Below, in pieces: positions 1-11,277 of a stretch of 64,000 bases of DNA. The translations under genes were made by a program, and so were the position numbers. Numbering within the stretch: the stretch's first letter is position 1; the number at the start of each line of letters is the position of its first letter. The notes under the pieces are model-generated. The model worked only from the letters and a program-made list of their open reading frames with translations. It had not been told where the DNA came from and searched no databases. This stretch comes from Mobula hypostoma (lineage: Eukaryota): positions 104,162,001 through 104,226,000 of the forward strand of contig NC_086107.1 of assembly GCF_963921235.1 (NCBI RefSeq), in the 5' to 3' direction.

Positions 1-552
1 AAAACCTAGAATCTAGCTAACAAAAATACTGAACAAGATTTGATATCACCCACAAATGTTGTGAAATTTGTTAACATAGTGATTAATAACCACAAAACTG
101 TGCAATTTTTGGCTCTAATGCTCTTTAGAGAAGACCAGGTTCAGCCTAACCGGAGACTGCCCCTGAAATGACATAATGAGGCATTCAGTCATATGATTGC
201 ATGGCCTCAATCTGAAACATTGACCTCCACAGATGCTGCCTGACCTGCTGAGTTCTTCCAGCAGTTTAGTTTTTGCTCCAGATTCCAGCACCTGCAGCCT
301 CTTGTGTCTCCACAGAATGACCTACCACTGCATTCCTTCCATACGTTTAAGAAGTTCTGATTGGCCAGGTCATCAAGGGATATGGTGAGAGGGCAGGTGT
401 ATGGGGTTGAATGGGATCCGGGATCAGCCATGATGTAATGATGGAGCGGACTCAAAGGCGTAACTTCATGACTAAGTGATGAGGAAAATGCCAGTGTTTT
501 CAAATAACTTTGTCAAGAGCGGACACTGGCATTACAGATAAGAACTGCACGT

Positions 553-1085
553 AGTAGCCACTTTACTAGGTACAAGAGGAAAACCTGGCATGGTCCTCCA
601 CTTTTGTAGCCCATCCACTTCAAGGTTTGGCGTGTTGCGCATTTAGAGATGCTCTTTTGCACACCACCGTTGTAATGTGTGGTTATTACAGTCGCCCTCC
701 TATCAGTTTGAAATGGTCTGGCCATTCTCCTCTGACCTCTCTTAACAAGATGTTTTCACCCTCAGAACGGCCACTCAGTGGGTGCTTATTCCCCCCCCAC
801 CCACCCCCGCGCATCATTCTCTGTAAATTCTTGGTGATTGTTGTGTATGAAAATCCCAGGAGAGCCACAGTTTCTGAGATACTCAAACCACCCTGTCTGG
901 CACCAACTGTCAAAGTTACTTAGATCACATTTCTTCCCCCATTCTGATGTTTGGTCAGAATGATGACTGAACCTCTTGACCATGTCAGCATGCTTTTATG
1001 CACCGAATTGCTGCCACGTGATTGGCTGGTTACCAGACAAGTTAACAGTACAGGGGTGTATCCAATAAAGTGACCACTGCATGTA
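553..1085 (-). mobile_element. Tc1/mariner non-autonomous remnant
   Basis: Degenerate TIRs (agtagccactttact / aataaagtgaccact); Tc1 transposase fragments VGARQGGLSISET and TRQTLKWMGY. Confidence 0.85.
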
Positions 1086-1759
1086 GTTCCTAAGAACAAT
1101 GTACACCAGCAACCAAGGGCTTGTCTGCACCCAGAGGACGGTACAGTAACTGACCTCTACTCAGTTACAATCACCAAAACTTCCTCAATAAGCAAAGCAC
1201 AAAGCACATTTTAATACTTTTATTTGAGATTGAAGGAATATGGTGGATGTGATACTGGTGCAAGGATGCACGACAACCTTTGGAAATTAAGAGACGGTTA
1301 TAAACCGCACTTGAAAGAAAAGGGCAACACTCAGAAAGGTGGTGCACAAATATTGTGTCAGATGAACAAAAATGCAATATGCAAGTAATGATCAGCCCCA
1401 AGTGACCATGGCAGTCACATTAATTAGGAAGCGGCCGACATCCACTAGCAAGAAATCAGGATAACATCAGGTGTAGCTTTGGCAGGGTTTACTGAAAGCC
1501 ATGCTACTTTTAAATAGCTGTATTTCTGATTAAGCTCCCAAGGTACATGCTTTGGAGATGTTTTTTTTGTGTCATTTACTGACATTTTGTGGAGAATTAG
1601 AGCACAGCCCAGTCAGTTCCAAGTCAACAGCAGCACTGACAAGGCATTTTGTGAGTTAAAGGTACTGAAACAAGGATGCAAGCCCTTGGTAAAGACAAAC
1701 ACAACGTCACAATCTTTCAAGTAACACCGATGATGATATCAGGACTGGCAGAGGTTTTG

Positions 1760-2895
1760 AATTTGATTTGTGTGGGACGGACTGGGGGTGCTTGGTGTGT
1801 GTGGGCTGAACTGGGGGTGTTTGGTGCATGTGGGATGGGACTGGGGTGTTTGGTGTGTAGGGGATGGGATAGAGGGTGTTTGGTGTGCAGGGGATGGGAC
1901 AGAGGGTGTTTGGTGTGTAGGGGATGGGACAGAGGGTGTTTGGTGTGTAGGGAATGGGACTGGGGTGTTTGGTGTGTAGGGGATGGGATAGAGGGTGTTT
2001 GGTGTGTAGGGGATGGGACAGAGGGTGTTTGGTGTGTAGGGGATGGGACAGAGGGTGTTTGGTGTGTAGGGAATGGGACTGGGGTGTTTGGTGTGTAGGG
2101 GGTGGGATAGAGGGTGTTTGGTGTGTAGGGGATGGGACAGAGGGTGTTTGGTGTGTAGGGGATGGGACAGAGGGCGTTTGGTGTGTAGGGGGTGGGACAG
2201 AGGGTGTTTGGTGTGTAGGGGATGGGATAGAGGGTGTTTGGTGTGTAGGGGATGGGATAGAGGCTGTTTGGTGTGTAGGGGGTGGGACAGAGGGTGTTTG
2301 GTGTGTAGGGGATGGGATAGAGGGTGTTTGGTGTGTAGGGGATGGGATAGAGGGTGTTTGGTGTGTAGGGGGTGGTTCAGAGAGTGTTTGGTGTGTAGGG
2401 GATGGGATAGAGGGTGTTTGGTGTGTAGGGGGTGGGTCAGAGAGTGTTTGGTGTGTAGGGGATGGGATAGAGGGTGTTTGGTGTGTAGGGGATGGGACAG
2501 AGGGTGTTTGGTGTGTAGGGGATGGGACAGAGGGCGTTTGGTGTGTAGGGGATGGGACAGAGGGCGTTTGGTGTGTAGGGGGTGGGACAGAGGGTGTTTG
2601 GTGTGTAGGGGATAGGATAGAGGGTGTTTGGTGTGTAGGGGATGGGATAGAGGGTGTTTGGTGTGGAGGGGGTGGGACAGAGAGTGTTTGGTGTGTAGGG
2701 GCTGGGTCAGAGAGTGTTTGGTGTGCAGGGGATGGGATAGAGGGTGTTTGGTGTGTAGGGGCTGGGTCAGAGAGTGTTTGGTGTGTAGGGGATGGGATAG
2801 AGGGTGTTTGGTGTGTAGGGACTGGGTCAGAGAGTGTTTGGTGTGTAGGGGATGGCATAGAGGGTGTTCGGTGTGTGTGGAATGGGACTGGGGGT
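1760..2895. repeat. G-rich 30-bp minisatellite, ~37 units (GTGTTTGGTGTGTAGGGGATGGGA(T/C)AGAGG)
   Basis: Direct tandem periodicity; explains the repetitive ORFs between 1676 and 2953. Confidence 0.98.
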
Positions 2896-3725
2896 GAGTC
2901 AAATGCCTCATTTTTTTGGGATATTTTACAGTAGAACAAGACAGTAAAGACATGGGCTAGACACTGTCTATCCAGGGTATCATCCCACGTGCCAAAGACG
3001 TACGGGTTAGCAGTTTAATTGGACATTTGGGTGTAACTGGGTGTCGCGGGCGGGGTCGCAGGGCCAGAGGACCTGTTACCGTGCTGTATCTCTACATAAA
3101 AAATAAAAAGGTCAGGGGGTGATCTAGTGGAAGTGCAGAAGGTGAAACAGTGTTTGTCTTTTTATAACTATCACCGGGTTAGTGCTGAGATTAATTAAGG
3201 AATATGTTTATTTAAAAAGAACTCCTAGATGATGTAAGTGGGACAGTTATTTCCGAACTGACCCAGTTCAACTTTAAAGCAACTCCAATCACAAACCCAG
3301 TTTGAATACCATGTGAAGACAGGGGCAGAGAGCAGCTGGAATTGGTTAAACCGACAGGTCCCACATCTAAAGGTTAAACTAAAATGCCGTGCTGCTATAC
3401 AGCCCATGATGTCAGCTTGTTGTAATACCCAGACAGGCATACAAAGCCGTAACCATCTGAACGGAGAAATGCACCGACGCATCCTGTTCCAGATGCATGG
3501 ATTCACAAGTCTCACACTAGATACATGCAAATACATACACACACAGACCGAGGAAGTGTAACCAAATATAGATAAACATGGACTTAATGAAATATTTGGG
3601 TCAGACAAGCAGATACATATGGATCAATAGTGAAGTTGATCCAAACTTTCTGAATCAAATATATCCCTGCACAGCATACAGTCCATGAACCACCACAGAA
3701 TGAGGTTGAAGGGTAATCTTAAGAG

Positions 3726-3731
3726 TTTATT
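3726..3731 (-). promoter_or_regulatory. Candidate bcat2 polyadenylation signal (AATAAA), implying a ~2.2 kb 3'UTR
   Basis: tttatt on + strand in unique sequence; alternatives at 5014, 3207 and 1219 cannot be excluded. Confidence 0.3.
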
Positions 3732-4474
3732 TGATACAAAGCTTCTGGATGGAGTTGGCTGCATTACATTATGAAGCACTGTCTTAGTAACTGGTCAGTT
3801 GGGGCAGTGTGACCTCAGTCCTATTCTTCTCAATCAATGGACGACAACACAAACAGAGAAAGTACTGAAAGTGGCTTTGTCGCAGGAAGGTCCAGGTTCT
3901 AGACTGGGAGAAGACTCCACATTGACCATGTATCCTTTCATGCCATCCTTGTTGGCCTCCTTCAGCACTGACTGCACGGATTCCCAGCCGCTCGTGTGCG
4001 TTTTCCTTATTCCCCTCTCCTCCCTCCTTGGAGCAGTCACTGCACCAGTCCCGAAAACAGAGATATCATTGTTATTACAGGCTGCAACTTTAAATTTGTT
4101 CACTGTGCACAGGAGGACGAGGTCTTCAGTACAATGGAAACCGTTTTGAGGAAAAAATTCACAACAGAAATCAATGAGAGATGTAGTGTCAATCTCCTTG
4201 CACCTTTAAGTTGAATGATAAACCGTTAGCACTGCCACAAGTCACAAATATATGCAAATGTTAAGTATTAAAACAAATGCAATAAATTAAAAAAGAAAAA
4301 CTACCATATAATGCAGCAATACTTCCATTGTGCGTATAAACACTGATTTGTTCCGATTTTGAACCATTCAAAATATACGTGACTTCGTCTTGTGCATTCA
4401 GACAGCCAAAAAATGTAACACATTGATTAGAACAATTGACCTGGACTGGTAAAACAGAGATCTGGACCAACCTG

Positions 4475-4730
4475 ACAGGGACCCAAGTTCAAATCCCACT
4501 AGGAGGAATTGAAATACTTTGCAGTGATGACCACATAGCCAATGGATTATTGTAGAAACTGATCTGGTTCACTAGCAACCTTTGGGGAAGGGAATCTGTT
4601 CACCATTAGCCAGCCTAGTTTGTGTGGGACTCCAGCCTGTAGCAATGTGGCTGACTTAGAAATGACCTAACGAGCAACATTGTTCAGGGGAGTTGATGCT
4701 GCAATGTCCACATCCCGTAAATGAATATAT
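4475..4730 (+). mobile_element. Old chondrichthyan SINE remnant (SacSINE1/Deu-like) in the putative 3'UTR
   Basis: ggttcact..cctttggggaagggaatctg...gactccag...agcaatgtgg...ccacatccc motif order, recognised from memory only. Confidence 0.45.
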
Positions 4731-5051
4731 ATTTAAAAAAAAATTGTCACAGTGACATTCTGGCAATGATGATCTTTGAGGTAATGGGACTTTAGTGAAG
4801 TGCAGTCAGGCTGACCGACTCACCAGAGCTGGGACAATGGGCCATCAAAGTGCCTGAGCCCCTACATCCATCCCCAAGTTACTTAGGACTCTGATCAAGC
4901 AGAGCCAAGAGATTTGTAAAGTGTCATAATACATGGAAACAAGTTCTCAGGCTCACTGGGTCCATGCTGACCTTTAATCACCCAACTACACTACTCCTAT
5001 ATTAATCTAATTTTTTATTCTTCTCATATTTTCATCAGCTTCCCTCCAGAT

Positions 5052-5134
5052 CAGGGGTTCCCAACCTGTTTTATGCCTTTGACCCCTAACCATTAACCGA
5101 GGAGTCCACCGCAGACCCCAGGTTGGGAACTGCA
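5052..5134. mobile_element. ~80-bp hAT MITE (CAGGGGTTCCCAACC family)
   Basis: TIR plus 8-bp TSD CTCCAGAT; lies in the putative bcat2 3'UTR. Confidence 0.85.
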
Positions 5135-5888
5135 CTCCAGATTCTACCACTCATCTACACACTGTGGCAATTAACCCACCGACCCGAACATGTTTAGGAT
5201 GCTGGGGGGAAACCAGGTCACCCAGAGGAAACCCAGGTGGTCACAGGGAGAACACACTGACAGGATTGAATCCAGACCTCTGGTGTCATGAGACAGCAGC
5301 TCAGCCAGCTCTGCCGCCTTTCGATTCAGACAGTTCCAGTTGACGCCTTTTGAGAAAAGTAAGATAAGAAACTGTAATGTCTCAACAGGGCAGAAAACGC
5401 TCAGCAGCTGATAGAAAGACTACGTTAACCGGTCAGTTCAACAGCACAGGTCAAGGCCATCGATTCATCTTTTACTGCTGCAGGTTCCGAGCATTTTCTG
5501 TTTCCATTTGCGACAGGAGCTGAGGATTAAACACTTCGGTTCTTCCTCCAACATCATCAGCTTCTCAAGTCAAAGTAATAACCAATTCCAGGGACTATGG
5601 GTCTCAACCGCATTTGGAGACTCACTGCTATCAACTACTATTCAAGTTGCAACCAGGAACATCCCATAAGGAGCAGCAACCTACTTGATAAGAACTTAAA
5701 GGCAGACCAGAGAACCTAAGAGACTACCGCAGAATCTACTTTCTGGACTAATCCTACAACCGTACAAGATTAATAAAGTTTCCAAGATACTTCCTTGAGA
5801 AGCAGCACAAAAAATTGAACGTATCCCCAGTGCAGACAGAGTAGTTTCTAGCTTAGTCCTGTGTGGACGGGAACCTGTTTTCCATTGT

Positions 5889-5930
5889 TCAGATGACCAA
5901 CTTTGTCCACTCGCTGGATTTCCGACCATA
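5889..5930 (-). CDS. bcat2: BCAT2 terminal coding exon 11 (YGRKSSEWTKLVI*)
   Basis: ctaatttcAG acceptor; IQ|YG....EW C-terminus typical of BCAT; TGA at 5889-5891; spliced total 1197 nt stays in frame. Confidence 0.93.
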   Translation of the reverse strand, partial: YGRKSSEWTKLVI

Positions 5931-5971
5931 CTGAAATTAGAACAGAATTATATCTTTATAATGCCTTTTAG

Positions 5972-6455
5972 TGTTAGTCATAGTCATACTTTATTGATAC
6001 TGGGGGAAATTAGTTTTTGTTACAGTTGCACCATAAATAATTAAATAGTAATAAAAACCATAAGTAGTTAAATAGTAATATGTAAATTATGCCAGGAAAT
6101 AAGTCCAGGACCTGCCTATTGGCTCAGGGTGTCTGACCCTCCAAGGGAGGAGTTGCAAAGTTTGATGGCCACAGGCAGGAATGACTTCCTATGACACTCT
6201 GTGTTGCATCTCGGTGGAATGAGTCTCTGGCTGAATGTACTCCTGTGCCCAACCAGTCCATTAGGTAGTGGATGGGAGACATTGTCCAAGATGGCATGCA
6301 ACTTAGACAGCATCCTCTTTTCAGACAGCACCGTCAGAGAGTCCAGTTCCATCCCCACAACATCACCAGCCTTACAAATGAGTTTGTTGATTCTGTTGGT
6401 GTCTGCTACCCTCAGCCTGCTGTCCCAGCACACACCAGCAAACATGATCGCACTG
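5972..6455 (-). mobile_element. Rex1/Babar-type LINE 3' end
   Basis: RT C-terminal peptide (...RCNTECHRKSFLPVAIKL), AATAAA and (GACTAT)n tail; ends ~40 nt from the exon 11 acceptor. Confidence 0.85.
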
Positions 6456-6526
6456 ATGCACGTTAGAGCTCCTCCTCACCCTCTATCGCTCTCCTTAGTT
6501 ATAGTGCTGACACAGTAAAGGACTAC

Positions 6527-7052
6527 GTGTCAGTCCATGGCCTCCTCTACTGCCGTGATGAGGCCACACTCAGGCTGGAGGAGCAACAACTTATATTCCA
6601 TCTGGGTAGTCTCCAACCTGATGGCATGAACATCGATTTCTCAAACTTCCGGTAAATGCACACCCCTCCCAACTTCTCCTTCACCATTCCCCATTTCCCT
6701 CTTACCTACCCATCACCTCCCTCTGGAGCTCCTTCCCCTTCCCTTTCTTGCATGGCCTTTTGTCCTCTCCTGTAAGATTCCCCCTTCTCCAGCCCTCCAT
6801 CTCTTTCACCAGCTCTTCACTCTTCTCCCCTCTCCCGTTTCACCTCACACCTTCTACCTTGTACTTCTTCCACTCCTCCCCACCTTCTCACTCCGACTTC
6901 TCATCTTTCTCTCCCCAACCTGATGTAGGTCTCGGCCCGAAACGTCGACTGTTTACTCTTTTCCATAGATGCTGCCTGGCCTGCTGAGTTCCTCCAGCAT
7001 TTTGTGTGTGTTACTTTGATTTCCAGCATCTGCAGAATTTTTCTTGTTTGTG
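6527..7052 (+). mobile_element. Penelope-like 3' fragment
   Basis: LRLEEQ.LIF.LGSLQPDGMNIDFSNF-type tail plus pLTR; AAAGGACTA flanking duplication. Confidence 0.8.
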
Positions 7053-7288
7053 AAAGGACTATTCTGTTGTTTATCTGAACTGCACTTTCTCTGTAGCCAT
7101 CACCACTTTATTCTTCATTTTTATTGTTTTACCTTGTTCTACCTCGGTGAACTGTGTAATGATCTGATCTGTACGAACAGTAAGCAACATAAGATCACCA
7201 CATGTTCACCTAAATTTGCATGAATAGAGTCCCAACCTACCCTGCCTTGCTCCATAACTCCTTGAGTTCTGGCAATATCCTTCTAAAT

Positions 7289-7742
7289 AATGCACACAAA
7301 GTGCTGGGGGAAGTCAGCAGGCCAGGCAGCATCTATGGAAGAGTACACAGTCTATGTTTTGGGCTGAGATCCTTCATCAGGACTGGAAAAAAAGAGAAGA
7401 AAATTCAGAGTAAGAAGGTGGGGGGGGGGGAAGGGGAAGAAGAAGTACAAAGTGTTAGGTGAAATCGGGAGGAGGAGGAGGGACAAAATAAAGAGTCAGG
7501 AAGTCGATTGGTGAAAGAGATAAAGGGCTGGAGAAGGGGGAAATCTGACAACATAGGCCATGGGAGAAAGGAAAGGGGGAGGAGCATCAGGAGATAAGGT
7601 GAGGGGGGAAATGGGAATGGAGAATGGTTGTGGGGGGCAATTACCAGAAGTTTGAAAAATTGAAGTTCGTTCCAGCAGGTTAGAGGCTACCTTGTGTGTA
7701 TTACTTTAATTTCCAGCATCTGCAGATCTTCTCTTGTTTTTG
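7289..7742. mobile_element. Penelope-like fragment with short inverted tail
   Basis: 14-bp TSD ATATCCTTCTAAAT (7275-7288, 7743-7756). Confidence 0.8.
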
Positions 7743-7912
7743 ATATCCTTCTAAATCTTCCCTGCACCTCTGTTTTCACATGGGATAATAACAAACCAAT
7801 TCCATTCCAAACTCAAACAACAGGAATTCTGCAGATGCTGGAAATTCAAGCAACACACATAAAAGTTGCTGGTGAATGCAGCAGGCCAGGCAGCGTCTCT
7901 AGGAAGAGGTGC

Positions 7913-7948
7913 AGTCAACGTTTCAGGCCGAGACCCTTCATCAGGACT
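7913..7948 (-). ncRNA. Minimal type I hammerhead ribozyme motif, sense to bcat2 pre-mRNA
   Basis: AGUC-CUGAUGA-A-GGGU(CUCG)GCCU-GAAAC-GUU-GACU; core intact, GUU triplet. Confidence 0.7.
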
Positions 7949-7988
7949 AACTGAAGGAAGAGTGAGTAAGGGATCCCTTACTTCAGTT

Positions 7989-8024
7989 AGTCCTGACGAA
8001 GGGTCTCGGCCTGAAACGTCGACT
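7989..8024 (+). ncRNA. Minimal type I hammerhead ribozyme motif (PLE-associated)
   Basis: AGUC-CUGACGA-A-GGGU(CUCG)GCCU-GAAAC-GUC-GACU: helix I AGUC/GACU, both conserved core boxes, GUC cleavage triplet; activity untested. Confidence 0.75.
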
Positions 8025-8169
8025 GCACCTCTTCCTACAGATGCTGCCTGGCCTGCTGCGTTCACCAGCAACTTTTATGTGTGTTGCTCCATTCCAAGCT
8101 CCCCATTTTCCAGCCGTGTGTGTGAATTGATCCACTGTTATCCCAGGTCACAGACAGTACAGTCCTCTC

Positions 8170-8690
8170 TGGTCAGAGAGTCACAGAGTCATCATTCAGC
8201 CCAAATGATCCACGCCATCTAAACTGGTCCTGTTTGCTCACGGTTGGCCCATTTCCCTCTAAATCGCCCCTATCCACATATCTAGCCAAGTGTCTTTTAA
8301 ATGTTGTTAATGTATCTGCCTCAACCACTTCCTTTGGCAGCTTGTTCCATGTACGCACCACCCCCTGGGTGGAAAAGTTGCCCCTCAGGTTCCTTTTAAA
8401 TCTCTCCCCTCTCATCCTAAACCCATCTCCTCTAGTTCTTGATTCCCCAACACTTGGGAAAAGACTGTGCGTGTTCCCCCTATCTACTGTATACCCCACA
8501 TGATTGTGTACACTGTAAGATTATACCCTAATCTCCTACACTCCAATCAATAATGTCCCAACTTTCCCTGCCTCTCTCCATAAGTCAGTCCCTTGAGTCC
8601 TGGCGATATCCTTGTAAATCTTCCCTGCATTCTTCCCAGCTTAATGTCAACTTTCCTACAGCAGACTAACTAAAACAGAGCATAATTGTA
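8170..8690 (-). mobile_element. CR1 LINE 3' fragment
   Basis: SRTRG...RGNFSTQGVVRTWNKLP.EVVEADTL..FK peptide. Confidence 0.85.
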
Positions 8691-8879
8691 TTGATGTTCA
8701 AAGCAAGGGAGACCGGTATTGGCTGCTGTGTATCCTAGTAGGTACCCTAATGGTGACTCCAATTCAAAGAAATTCTTCATCTGCTGTTCATCCTGAGGTT
8801 GTGAAGACACCATGGGTGTTCAGGTCTTACTTAGGTGGAGGCAGAGGAAGAAAGTGAAAAATCCCATCTCCACGAAGTA

Positions 8880-10281
8880 GCAACACACACAAAAGGCTGG
8901 AGGAACTCAGCAGGCCAGGCAGCATCTAGAAAAAGAGCGCAGTCGACACTTCGGGCCGAGACCCTTTGGCAGGACTGGAGGGAAAAAGGCTGAGCAGCAG
9001 GTTTAGAAGGTGAGGGAGGTGAGAGAGAAAAACACAAAGGAGATAGGTGAAATCTGAAGGTGGAGGGGATGAAATAAAGAGCTGGGAAGTAATTTAGTGA
9101 AAGAGACAGAAGGCCATGGAAGGAAGAAAAGTGGGGAGGAGCACCCGAGGGAGGTGACGGGTAAGCAAGGAGATAAGGTGAGAGGGGAGAAGAGGGATGG
9201 GAAATGGTGAAGGAGAGGAGTGGTGGGGGCGCTACTGGAAGTTCGAGAAATCCACGTTCATGCAATCAGGTTGGAGGCTACCCAGACGGAATATAAGGTG
9301 TTGTTCCTCCAACCTGAGTGTGGCTACATCACGACAGTGAAGGAGGCCGTGGATAGACATATCAGAATGGGAACGGGAAGTGGGATTAAAATGGGTGGCC
9401 ACTGGGAGATCCTGCTTTTTCTGGCAGATGGAGCATAAGTGCTCGGTGAAGCAGTCTCCCAATCTATGTTGGGTCTCACCGATATCCAGGAAGCCACACC
9501 CGGAGCACCGGACACAGTATGTGACACCAACAGACTCACAGGTGAAGGGCCGCCTCACCTGGAAGGACTGTTTAGGGCCCTGAATGGCAGTGAGGGGGGA
9601 GGTGTAGGGGCAGGTGTAGCACTTGTTCCACTTGCAAGGATAAGTGCCAGGAGGGAGATCAGTGGGAAGGGATGGGAGGGACGAATGGACAAGGAAGTTG
9701 TGTAGGGAGCGATCCCTGCGGAAAGCAGAAAATGGGGGGTGGGGAGAGAAAGATGTGCTTGGTGGTGGGATCCTGTTGGAGATGGTAGAAGTTTTGGAGA
9801 ATTATGTGCTGAACACGGAGGCTAGGGGGGGTGGTAGGTTGGAGGAACAACACCTTATATTCTGTTTGGGTAGCCTCCAACCTGATGGAATGAACACTGA
9901 TTTTTCAAACTCCAGTAGTGCCCCCCACCCTCCCTCACCTTATCTGATTGCCTGCCCAACACCTCCCTCTGGTGCTCCTCCCCCATTTTCTTCCTTCCCC
10001 GGCCTTCTGTCTCTTTTACCAATTTACTTCCCAGCTCTTTACTTCATCCCCTCCCCCTTCAGGTTTCACCTATCACCATGTGTTGTTCTCTTTTCCCTCC
10101 TGGCCCCCCATCTTTTAAATCTACTCCTCAGTTTTTTCCCTCCAGTCCTGCCAAAGGGTTTTGGCCCAAAACAGCGACTGTACTCTTTTGTCCATAGACG
10201 CTGCCTGGCCTGCTGAGTTCCTCCAGCATTTTGTGCGTGTTGCTCGGATTTCCAGCATCTGCAGATTTTCTCCTGTTTATG
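8880..10281. mobile_element. Penelope-like element, inverted pair, with GIY-YIG endonuclease remnant
   Basis: ORF 9232-9558(-) FTCES.GV.YC.RC..CG...IGET..RL...F.EH...LPVATHFN is a PLE GIY-YIG domain; a + strand copy follows from ~9836; imperfect TSD ATCTCCA(C/T)GAA. Confidence 0.88.
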
Positions 10282-11202
10282 ATCTCCATGAATTGCACTT
10301 TTCCCTCGACAGAATTCCAGAGAGACTAATATCTCTGGTTATTAATCCTACAACCTGCTTGTCACTTTTTCTTCAGGTATCACCCACTACACACTGTCCT
10401 CTGTCTCTCAGCAAAGGGACTGACAGCCCAATCTCACACTGAATACCTTGCCCCTTGTGCTTCCTTATTAAAGACCCACTGTTCTGGGACTGAGATCCTG
10501 CCTGAGCCTTGACACCATCTGCCCTGTGTAACTTGATATCAGGACCAGATGGTGGCAGTCAGCTGTGTTCCTCAGTCACGTCCACAGGCTCTGAATCAGC
10601 CACTTAGTCTGAATGTGCATGAAGGAATGTTCTAATCCCACAGCTCTCTGCAGTAACATTCCACACATAGAACCCTTAATTCTATGCAATGTGGATCAGA
10701 ATCAAAGTGTGACTTTAGACATGTGGAGTTACAGATATTAAAAACAACTGGTGCAGCAATGTCGTTTCAAGAAGTAAGCCTCGTGCCACTAAAAGGATAA
10801 ATGGTTTGAAAACTAGCTTTGACTTGTTTCTGGTTGTCTGCCCTGCATGCCCACGAGATGGCTTCGGAGGATCATGGTGTGTAGAATTGACTGGTGCATT
10901 GACACTGTTCTGGCTGATCTGAAATGACTCACCGAGGAGTGTCGGACGCTCCCTCGGCAAATAATTGAGGAAGTGCAAGCAACCAGATGCAATTTTTAGA
11001 ATGATGTCTATTTACGGATAATACATAGCCTAATATTCTCCTCTTTCTGGAAACACTTCATAAAATGCTGTGGGGTATATGATAGGAAATTGTGCCAAGA
11101 ATTGGTGCGAAGATATGTGCAGTCACTAACTTCAGTTTATATGTGCCAGCATGATTCATTACAAGCTACTGTACACAGTCTTCTAATACCCCAAAACTTT
11201 AC

Positions 11203-11277
11203 CTGAATATCCGTCAATTCTTTCAGGAATCTTTTAGCTATCTCAGGGCCATTCTCCATGGTGGGAATGTGGTAGTT
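11203..11277 (-). CDS. bcat2: BCAT2 coding exon 10 (NYHIPTMENGPEIAKRFLKELTDIQ)
   Basis: 75 nt, ttctttAG acceptor, GTAAAG donor; HIPTMENGP motif. Confidence 0.96.

Larger units (their letters stand above)
7815..8087. mobile_element. Fold-back Penelope pLTR insertion
   Basis: ~107-bp inverted arms; TSD TCCATTCCAA(A/G)CTC. Confidence 0.9.

Noticed and set aside
1760..2895. CRISPR-like periodicity
   Set aside because: Contiguous tandem units with no unique spacers and no cas genes; vertebrate context
1676..2953. Long repetitive ORFs of 326-410 aa (PSPTHQT / HPLHTK / GVWCVGDG)
   Set aside because: Open in several frames on both strands because the 30-bp unit lacks stops; minisatellite artefact
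3799..4214. ORFs in unique sequence downstream of the bcat2 stop
   Set aside because: No recognisable homology or splice support; probably 3'UTR
9232..9558. GIY-YIG ORF as a domesticated nuclease gene
   Set aside because: Truncated, with a degenerate YIG motif (DIG), embedded in a multi-copy Penelope relic
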